A program made the position numbers and the translations under genes. The notes beneath the pieces were generated by a model that had not been told where the DNA came from, did not search any database, and was given only the letters and a program-made list of their open reading frames with translations. Below are positions 25,359-32,000 of a DNA stretch of 32,000 nucleotides, piece by piece. Source of the stretch: Nitrosarchaeum sp. (GTDB lineage Archaea > Thermoproteota > Nitrososphaeria > Nitrososphaerales > Nitrosopumilaceae); NCBI GenBank assembly GCA_025699025.1, contig JAILWJ010000001.1:536391-568390 (forward strand), given 5' to 3'. Numbering within the stretch: the stretch's first letter is position 1; each line of letters begins with the position of its first letter.

Positions 25359-25916
25359 CTATTCTAAATTCTCAATCGTGCCTTTACTTAACAAAGAATC
25401 AGGAGCATGAACAAAAGGAACTTGTTTTTTTGAACCAGTATTTTTTGTAAACTTTGCAATTGATTGCATCAACAAAAGTGTATCACGTAGCTGTTCCCGT
25501 ATGTGCCATTTGAATTCTTCTGGCATTAGCTTCATCAGACCTTCTAATCCAATGTTAAAGAAATTATAATACATGATAAATGAGAATATTTTGTCAGGAT
25601 CCTCGTCAGATTGTTTTTGATCAGCAATTGATGAAGCATATTTTAAAGTGGTCATAAAATCTTCAAAACTTCTACTTGATAGAATTTTTGCTTTGTAGGA
25701 ATTAGGCAAGGGTGAAAAGGCATAATGAAAATCTGAAAATGACTGTTCGATCTTTGATTGAATTTCTCGATAAAACCTATATTTGTTTGAAATTGGAAAA
25801 ACTTCTGGATTCCAAAGATTAGCATATTCGTCATGACTAATCAAAGTTAGTTTTGGATTTGTCTTTTTTATTTCATTCATAATCTTTTCTTGCTTTGCAG
25901 TTTGTCTTTTTTTCAT
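25359..25916 (-). CDS. Hypothetical protein (cargo)
   Basis: 185 aa ORF. No family recognised. Confidence 0.5.
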   Translation of the reverse strand: MKKRQTAKQEKIMNEIKKTNPKLTLISHDEYANLWNPEVFPISNKYRFYREIQSKIEQSFSDFHYAFSPLPNSYKAKILSSRSFEDFMTTLKYASSIADQKQSDEDPDKIFSFIMYYNFFNIGLEGLMKLMPEEFKWHIREQLRDTLLLMQSIAKFTKNTGSKKQVPFVHAPDSLLSKGTIENLE

Positions 25917-25950
25917 TATTATTATTCTATTTTAGACAAATTTAAGCATA

Positions 25951-26199
25951 ATGTTCGTATATACAGTAATGAAGTCAAAAACAAACCAAAAACAAAGAGC
26001 AGACGAGCCAATCGAGACAGACTTTGGCAACAGGCAGGTATCCCACCAGAATTTTTCAAGAATTGTGGCACTGCCTAAAATTGCTCTGCAAAACTGTGGG
26101 ATAACGTCACAGGTATCTGTGAAACTAGTCCTGCAAAACGGAGAAAAATTTCTCAAAATTACTCCGGCAAAAACAAAAGGAGGTGAACATACTGAGTGA
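25951..26199 (+). CDS. Putative AbrB/SpoVT-like DNA-binding protein
   Basis: 82 aa (alternative start at 25969). SRIVALPKIALQNCGITSQVSVKLVLQNGEKFLKITP fits the looped-hinge-helix pattern (v.iPk.i...lgi..g..v.....g..i.i.P). It is the first gene of the plus-strand block that ends with PolB. Confidence 0.4.
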   Translation: MFVYTVMKSKTNQKQRADEPIETDFGNRQVSHQNFSRIVALPKIALQNCGITSQVSVKLVLQNGEKFLKITPAKTKGGEHTE

Positions 26200-26527
26200 A
26201 ACTACCTATCCTCCATTTTTGAAATGGGGAGAATATGCCTCTGATGATCCAGAAAATCCAGATGTACTAGAACTCAAGGTTGCAGATACTGAGACATTTG
26301 AGACGGAATTTTCAATCAATGTAATGGCATTGATCAAGGAAAAGAAATCATGGATAGAATACAACATCCCACTGAAGAGCCACGAATCAAAGAATTCATC
26401 ACTGCTAAACCAGTGGAACAGATTCTCAAAGAATCTCAAGAAAGGAGACAGACTAGTTCTAAAGACGTGGCTTGGAACATCAAAGAACTCTAGGAAGATC
26501 AGGAGGTACAGTCTAGAGAAACTCTAG
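26183..26527 (+). CDS. Hypothetical protein (replication-module neighbour)
   Basis: 114 aa with a GTG start preceded by aaaggagg. No family recognised. Confidence 0.45.
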   Translation: MNILSETTYPPFLKWGEYASDDPENPDVLELKVADTETFETEFSINVMALIKEKKSWIEYNIPLKSHESKNSSLLNQWNRFSKNLKKGDRLVLKTWLGTSKNSRKIRRYSLEKL

Positions 26528-26530
26528 ACA

Positions 26531-26545
26531 TTTTTTTCTTTTTTT
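26531..26545 (+). terminator. Oligo-T tract (archaeal-type terminator candidate)
   Basis: tttttttcttttttt lies immediately after the stop at 26525-26527. Confidence 0.35.
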
Positions 26546-26555
26546 GGTGATTGTG

Positions 26556-26873
26556 ATGATGGAGGATAAAGACAAGCTTGTAAAACAATTGGATGCCCTA
26601 AAGATTTTTCCAAACAACAGACTAGTAAGAGATCTAAAGAATCAGATTAAAAATAAATTAAAAAAATTAGAAACTGTAAAACCTGCAAAACCAAAGAGAG
26701 ACCCAAACGTCTCACGGTCAAGCAAGCTCAAGAGATATCACAACTACATGAGACAGATAAGAAACAACTTTCCAAATTTATCATACAGCCAGATAAGAAA
26801 ACAGTTCTCAAAAAGAAAGCGTGGCGATGACGTATCCATCCCTGATGCAGTATGGCAGAACCCATCCCCGTAA
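26556..26873 (+). CDS. Small highly basic protein overlapping the PolB start (DNA-binding or terminal-protein candidate)
   Basis: About 105 aa from the ATG at 26556. KPAKPKRDPNVSRSSKLKRYHNYMRQIRNNFPNLSYSQIRKQFSKRKRG is loosely HMG-box-like (PKR...aromatic...P.LS). It overlaps the polB start by 22 nt in another frame. Confidence 0.5.
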   Translation: MMEDKDKLVKQLDALKIFPNNRLVRDLKNQIKNKLKKLETVKPAKPKRDPNVSRSSKLKRYHNYMRQIRNNFPNLSYSQIRKQFSKRKRGDDVSIPDAVWQNPSP

Positions 26874-28636
26874 CTGACTGCAAGAGCCTCAGGCGAGTCT
26901 TTACAAAAAAGCCTCAGAACAGAGACCCTGCAAAGTCGCACAAGAGAAAAGTCTATGCAATAGACACCGAGACGTATCAAGGAAACATCTTTCTGATTGC
27001 AGATTCAGACGGCAGATTCTTGGATAAGATCACGCCTGAATCGTGCCTAGACTGGCTATTTTGCAGGAAATACGAGGGAAATTGGTGCTTTTTTTACAAT
27101 CTTGGCTATGATGCAGAAGTCATACTCAAACTATTGGGTTCGGAACTATTCAGGTATAGAAACACTGGCAAGCTCAAATTTTCATTTCAAAAATATACCA
27201 TAGAGTATCATCCAAACAAGTGCCTCAAAATCTCAAAGGGTCACCACTCTGTGATATTTTACGATGTAGCACAGTTTTATCATGCAAGTCTGGCAGATGC
27301 ATATCAGAACAACATCAAGAAATTACCAAAGAAATATCTGGAAACAAAATCCAAGAGAAACCAGTTCTCTGTAACATACTACAAGAGAAACACAAGGCAG
27401 GTAAGAGACTATTGCATACAGGATTGCAAGCTGACAAAAGAACTAGCCATCCACTGGATCAAACTATTTCATGACGCATTTGGGTTCTATCCTGCAAGAT
27501 GGGTTAGTTCAGGATACTTGGCTGAAAAAGTCTTGATCAACAACAACATAGAGTTTCCAAAGTTTGATGATACGCCATATGAGGTGCAGGAGATGGCATT
27601 TGCCTCATACTATGGGGGAAGATTTGAGATTACAAAGCGTGGATATATTGGGACTGCATACAAGTATGACATAAACTCTGCATATCCATACTCTCTGACA
27701 AAAATTCCAGACCTGACAAAAGGAAGATGGATTAAGAGAAAGTCAATCCACCCAAAAGCAGAATTGGGTTTTTTCAGAATTATCGCAGACGTTCCAGACT
27801 GCAAGTACATTCCTCCATTTCCGTTTCGTACCAATGGACTCATTATTTTTCCCAGTGGGAAATTTGAGACATACGTTACATTAGATGAACTCAAAGTTGC
27901 AGACAAGAGATACTACAAAATTCTAGATTCCTACCAGTTCATTCCAGATGGAAAAATAACGTATCCTTTCAAAAAATTTGTAGAGTCAATGTATGAGAAA
28001 AGATTACAATTAAAGAAAGAGGGCAATCCGTTGCAACTGCCAATCAAGATAATACTGAATTCCATATATGGCAAGACTGGTCAGAAAACAAACAGAATAA
28101 TGGGAAATCTGTTCAATCCCGTGATATTTGGTACCATTACAGGCATGACCCGTGCGTATCTCTATGACTTTGTCATGAAAAATGCCATAGAAAACCAAGT
28201 GGTGTTTTTTGCAACAGATTCAGTATGCACTACTGTTCCACTGGATGTTGATTCAGACAGACTGGGAGAGTTTTCTTTGGAAGAAAAGGCAGACGATGTA
28301 TTTGTGTTGCAGAACGGATTCTATCGGTTTAATGGCAAATGGAAGCAGAGAGGTATTGGCAAACTAGGCAGTAAAGAGATCGAACATCTTGAGACATTTG
28401 AGAGAAATGGAAAGTTGTACTATCGATTCAAGGTTTTGAGAAACTCTAGGTTGAGATCATCAATATTGCAGGATTCAATATCTCAGATTGGTAGGATTAG
28501 AGAGCATGTTAGGGAGGTTAATTTGAACGCAGATAGGAAAAGGTTATGGTTAAATCAACTAGACAACATTAATTCAAAAAAATATTTAGATTCATTTCCA
28601 CTTTCTTTAAACCATTTAAACAAAAAGAACATTTGA
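26852..28636 (+). CDS. polB: Family-B DNA polymerase (compact, protein-primed-like type)
   Basis: 594 aa. ExoI YAIDTET (D38/E40), ExoII FFYNLGYDAEVIL, ExoIII YCIQDCKLT. Pol motif A YDINSAYPY (D273, nt 27668), motif B KIILNSIYGKTGQ, motif C FFATDSV (D456, nt 28217). Confidence 0.9.
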   Translation: MAEPIPVTDCKSLRRVFTKKPQNRDPAKSHKRKVYAIDTETYQGNIFLIADSDGRFLDKITPESCLDWLFCRKYEGNWCFFYNLGYDAEVILKLLGSELFRYRNTGKLKFSFQKYTIEYHPNKCLKISKGHHSVIFYDVAQFYHASLADAYQNNIKKLPKKYLETKSKRNQFSVTYYKRNTRQVRDYCIQDCKLTKELAIHWIKLFHDAFGFYPARWVSSGYLAEKVLINNNIEFPKFDDTPYEVQEMAFASYYGGRFEITKRGYIGTAYKYDINSAYPYSLTKIPDLTKGRWIKRKSIHPKAELGFFRIIADVPDCKYIPPFPFRTNGLIIFPSGKFETYVTLDELKVADKRYYKILDSYQFIPDGKITYPFKKFVESMYEKRLQLKKEGNPLQLPIKIILNSIYGKTGQKTNRIMGNLFNPVIFGTITGMTRAYLYDFVMKNAIENQVVFFATDSVCTTVPLDVDSDRLGEFSLEEKADDVFVLQNGFYRFNGKWKQRGIGKLGSKEIEHLETFERNGKLYYRFKVLRNSRLRSSILQDSISQIGRIREHVREVNLNADRKRLWLNQLDNINSKKYLDSFPLSLNHLNKKNI

Positions 28637-28642
28637 ATTATT

Positions 28643-29923
28643 ATGATTTTAACATTAGAAAACTGCGCACATTATTTAGATGCAATAGAAAACTTTGTTG
28701 ATTCTGAATGGTTAAAAATACAAACTGATAAAATAATTGAGTATTATAATACAGTAAACAATACAAGCATTTTAGGAAAATTAGAAGATTATTCAAATCC
28801 ATTGGCATTGTTAATTTATCAAGCAGACAAAACATTATCTCGATTAACAGATGATAAACACGCGCATTCATCTGTTGAATTAATTAAAGCAGTTTCATTA
28901 GGAATGTATTTGGAAAAATTAACTGAAGCAAATCTTGATTTTAAAGATAAATTAACTGATTTGACATCCTCGGATAAAAAATCATTTGAAAAAATAATTT
29001 TTGAGTTAGACATAGCAACTGCATTTTTGAATTCAGGACATTCTGTTGAATTTATCAAAACAGACTCCACACACAATAATCGTACTGCTGATTTACGAAT
29101 AGACGGAACAATAGAAGTAGAATGTAAGAAAAAAGATAAACTCACTAAATTCGACATTCAAAACCAAGATCGATGGAACACATTAAATCGTAAACTCCGA
29201 GCATTTTTTAATGAACAAAAAAAATATCCATTCATCTATATTTTTGTAAAAAATGATCTTTCTCATGAAATTATTCAGAAAATTCTAAAACAAATTAGAA
29301 AAATGACGCATAACAATGAAACCGCATATTCAGATTCAGAAATAAAAATCATGATTGAAGAGTTGTGTAAAAATGACGAAATCATGTCATTAGGATTTCA
29401 AGCAAGAAATAGTGATGAGTTGATGGGAAGAATCAATCCCAAAATAATTGACACCATAATAAAATCCAAGATAAAATACACTCATTTGATGGATTATGAA
29501 TTAATACATCCAGATCATTTTTCAGATGATTCAAAAATTCAAATTGTAAATGAGAATGTGTTTGTAAGTGAACTAAGACGTTATGTTTTCAAATCTTTGA
29601 GAAATGTTCATCGAATGAATGGCATTATATCATCAATTAAAAATGCAAGAAACCAACTTTCTGGAGATACATGTGGTATTATTTGTGTGAATTTTACTCA
29701 TTTAACCGATACTATGATAGAACAAGATTACAAAAATTTGACAAGTTTGATAAATCAGTTTCTTAAAAATAATTCAAAAGTTTCAGCAGTTATTGTTTCT
29801 TCAGAATTCTATTCCACTTCTAGAGATATGAGATTTATTCATAAAGCGCTAATAATTCGAAATCCATTGGCACGCCATAAACTCCCAGATAATTTTCAAT
29901 TCCTTAATGATGTTAGCATGTAA
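28643..29923 (+). CDS. Hypothetical 426-aa cargo protein with PD-(D/E)xK-like motif
   Basis: Very AT-rich ORF. IIFELDIATAF...HSVEFIKTD...TADLRIDGTIEVECKKK gives an E ... D(150) ... E(158/160).K(162) arrangement, like restriction-endonuclease-fold nucleases. Confidence 0.55.
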   Translation: MILTLENCAHYLDAIENFVDSEWLKIQTDKIIEYYNTVNNTSILGKLEDYSNPLALLIYQADKTLSRLTDDKHAHSSVELIKAVSLGMYLEKLTEANLDFKDKLTDLTSSDKKSFEKIIFELDIATAFLNSGHSVEFIKTDSTHNNRTADLRIDGTIEVECKKKDKLTKFDIQNQDRWNTLNRKLRAFFNEQKKYPFIYIFVKNDLSHEIIQKILKQIRKMTHNNETAYSDSEIKIMIEELCKNDEIMSLGFQARNSDELMGRINPKIIDTIIKSKIKYTHLMDYELIHPDHFSDDSKIQIVNENVFVSELRRYVFKSLRNVHRMNGIISSIKNARNQLSGDTCGIICVNFTHLTDTMIEQDYKNLTSLINQFLKNNSKVSAVIVSSEFYSTSRDMRFIHKALIIRNPLARHKLPDNFQFLNDVSM

Positions 29924-29976
29924 TTTTCATAATATTCGATAATTTTTAGTCCTAACGAAAAACAGCAGTGAGTTAC

Positions 29977-29999
29977 GCACGAAATGGGGGGATTCTATT
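29977..29999. repeat. Right terminal inverted repeat (perfect core)
   Basis: gcacgaaatggggggattctatt is the exact reverse complement of 21196-21218. Confidence 0.9.
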
Positions 30000-30018
30000 T
30001 TTACTCTCTGTCGATAAA
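29998..30018. repeat. Direct repeat, right copy (target-site duplication; functional 3' end of aEF-2)
   Basis: tttttactctctgtcgataaa is identical to 21175-21195. It covers the aEF-2 codons F-I-D-R-E and the stop (30001-30003). Confidence 0.9.
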
Positions 30019-32000
30019 CTCGTTGGCAGTTGGTGGGTCTGGTGCAAGTCCCTTTCTCTTCCTAATGTCTGCAACGGCAGCTGCCAGCATTGACTTTGGA
30101 ACTTCAGTCCATGCCTTAAATGACGTATTCCAGGTTGCACGTCCTGCAGTCTGGCCCCTCATCTCCTCAGATAATGTAAATGTCTCTGAAGCTGGAATCT
30201 CGCCGACAATGATGCTTGATGCGCCCTTTTGTGCCATGTCAAGTACCTTGCCCCTCTTGCCTGAAAGAACGGTAGCGACGTTTCCAACCAGGTCAGTTGG
30301 CACACGAACCTCGATTGCCAGTGTAGGCTCTAGCACTGCAACGCCTGCAGTGAGCAGTGCGCCCATGCATGCCCTGCGTGATGCAGGCCCTAGCTGAGAC
30401 AGTCCCCTGTGTGCAGTGTCCTCGTGTGGTACAAAGTGGGTAAATGTAAACTTGCAGTCCCTCATCTGCTCTTTGCACAGCGGACCTTCCTTCATGACCT
30501 CCTCAAATCCTGAATTAATAGAATCAGTAGACTCTTGCACAAACTGGACACCCTTGGTGCCGTTAATCAAAACATTTCCGCGAGAGTCAAACTTCATGAC
30601 GCGCTTAATGGTATCAGTGTCCCAGCCGGCGCCCTTTAGCAACTCGGCTACAACCTTCTTGTCTTTCATATCGCTTATTTCGCCTGTTCGCAACATGTTT
30701 GCAATTTTTGGCTCTAGTGGCTCTACTTTCATGAATATCTTGTTGTGTCTGTTTGGAGACTTTGACATGATTGGCTCACATGTGCCCTTTACTGTCTCCC
30801 TGTAGTTGATCAGCGGCTCTGATGTCACGATATCTACTTTGGCATCCTGGATACGGTGTGTTGCAACATCAAGGTGCAAGACGCCCATTCCTGCCATGAT
30901 GGTCTCGCCGCTTTCTTCATCAATCTTTACTACCAGGTTTGGATCCTCAATGGTGAGTTGTTTTAGCACTTCGACTAGCTTTGGCAAGTCTTTGGGGTGC
31001 TTTGGCTCTATTGCAACCTGAACCACGGGTTCGGACACGTACTTTACCCCCTCAAACATTTGAATTCCCTTAATTGAAGAGATGGTGTTTCCTGCCCGAG
31101 CTTCGGTCAGCCCCAACAGTGCGGGAATGTTTCCGGCTCCAAGTTCTGCGACCTGCTCTCTCTGGTTTCCCATGAAAAAGTTGACAGACTGGACCCTTCC
31201 CTCTCTTTTTGAATCAATAATGTTAATTGTTTGCCCGTCTTTTATTGTGCCAGAGAACAGTCGTCCGATTGCAACCGGTCCTGCCGCAGGATCCAGCACC
31301 ATGTTTACAATCATCATGATTGTTGGCCCATCATCGCTGCATGCAAGCAGTGCCTTTCCGACATCAGATTCCAAGTCTCCCTTCCAGATTTGCGGGATTC
31401 TATACTTTACTGCCACGTGTGGAGGCGGATGGTGCTTTACAACCATTCCCAAGACGGCATCGGCCAGAGGCGCCTTTTCTACAAGGTCCTGGACCTTTTC
31501 GTTTTGGTATGCGTCAATGACATCCTTGAATGTAATTCCTTTTTCTTTCATCACGTCAATGTTGATTGCCCACCTGTCTTTTGCAGAGCCAAAGGTGACG
31601 CTGGCATCCTGAATCGAGACACGCCACTTGTCCTTGTATTCAGGTTCTGCATATGTGTCAATTAATTGGTTAAAGTTTGACACCACTTCTGCCAGCTGCT
31701 GCTGCATCTTTTCAGGGGTGAGTCTTAGTTCTTTGATGAGCCTGTCTACCTTGTTGATAAACAATACAGGCCTTACCCTTTCCTCAAGTGCCATCCTGGT
31801 TACAGTCTCAGTCTGAGTCATGATTCCCTCAACAGAGTCACATACCACTACTGCTCCATCAATTGCCCTGAGGCTGCGAATGACCCTGCCACTAAAGTCC
31901 ACGTGTCCGGGGGTATCAATCATGTTAATGACGTATTCTTTTCCTTTTTGTGAAAAGTGCAAAGTTACATTTGCCTGATAAATTGTAATTCCTCTTGCCT
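30001..32000 (-). CDS. fusA: Translation elongation factor aEF-2 (5' end outside window)
   Basis: The reading frame stays open to the window edge (ARGITIYQANVTLHFSQKGKEYVINMIDTPGHVDFSG). GTPase G-motifs, domains II-V and the H...G diphthamide-region style sequence (HEDTAHRG) are present. The ORF ends ANEFIDRE-stop. Confidence 0.95.
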   Translation of the reverse strand, partial: ARGITIYQANVTLHFSQKGKEYVINMIDTPGHVDFSGRVIRSLRAIDGAVVVCDSVEGIMTQTETVTRMALEERVRPVLFINKVDRLIKELRLTPEKMQQQLAEVVSNFNQLIDTYAEPEYKDKWRVSIQDASVTFGSAKDRWAINIDVMKEKGITFKDVIDAYQNEKVQDLVEKAPLADAVLGMVVKHHPPPHVAVKYRIPQIWKGDLESDVGKALLACSDDGPTIMMIVNMVLDPAAGPVAIGRLFSGTIKDGQTINIIDSKREGRVQSVNFFMGNQREQVAELGAGNIPALLGLTEARAGNTISSIKGIQMFEGVKYVSEPVVQVAIEPKHPKDLPKLVEVLKQLTIEDPNLVVKIDEESGETIMAGMGVLHLDVATHRIQDAKVDIVTSEPLINYRETVKGTCEPIMSKSPNRHNKIFMKVEPLEPKIANMLRTGEISDMKDKKVVAELLKGAGWDTDTIKRVMKFDSRGNVLINGTKGVQFVQESTDSINSGFEEVMKEGPLCKEQMRDCKFTFTHFVPHEDTAHRGLSQLGPASRRACMGALLTAGVAVLEPTLAIEVRVPTDLVGNVATVLSGKRGKVLDMAQKGASSIIVGEIPASETFTLSEEMRGQTAGRATWNTSFKAWTEVPKSMLAAAVADIRKRKGLAPDPPTANEFIDRE

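Larger units (their letters stand above)
21196..29999. mobile_element. Intact casposon-type element: Cas1 (casposase) + family-B DNA polymerase, TIR-bounded, inserted at the 3' end of aEF-2
   Basis: 23-bp perfect TIRs at 21196-21218 and 29977-29999. Flanking 21-bp direct repeats. Cas1 at 21558-22562 and PolB at 26852-28636. No other integrase or transposase candidate. No CRISPR array or cas2 in the window. Confidence 0.9.

Noticed and set aside
29984-31816. Plus-strand ORFs (61-176 aa) opposite aEF-2, including 29984-30397, which starts inside the right TIR.
   Set aside because: They are antisense to a highly conserved, clearly coding gene. Their Ser/Ala/Thr-rich composition is typical of shadow ORFs.

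Overview
This looks like an archaeal chromosomal window, probably Nitrosopumilus-like thaumarchaeal, judging from PurP, aEF-2, a PEFG-CTERM sorting signal and AT-rich coding. Positions 1-13 kb carry ordinary chromosomal genes: tatA, ubiX, purP, an HD hydrolase, a DUF151 nuclease, a CBS-TrkH K+ transporter, a large secreted protein and a long coiled-coil protein. Positions 13-20 kb are loosely packed and accessory-looking: small Zn-ribbon, wHTH and hypothetical genes, a GNAT, a PEFG-CTERM protein, a cupin and an O-methyltransferase. The key result is an intact mobile element of about 8.8 kb at 21,196-29,999. It is bounded by 23-bp perfect terminal inverted repeats. It is flanked by an identical 19-21 bp direct duplication of the last codons plus stop codon of the aEF-2 gene (30,001 to window end, minus strand). 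It encodes a stand-alone Cas1 homologue and a family-B DNA polymerase with complete exonuclease and polymerase motifs. There is no cas2 and no CRISPR array anywhere in the window, and no conventional integrase or transposase in the element. This is the architecture of a Cas1-mobilised, self-synthesising transposon (casposon; from memory it resembles the Nitrosopumilus family-1 type). Directly to its left (at least 19,925-21,174) lies a decayed, diverged second copy with a PolB pseudogene, a Zn-ribbon pseudogene and its own G6-containing terminal repeat. That copy shares the middle direct repeat, so the same aEF-2 site was hit at least twice. All functional calls rest on motif recognition by eye. 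No database search or statistics could be run.
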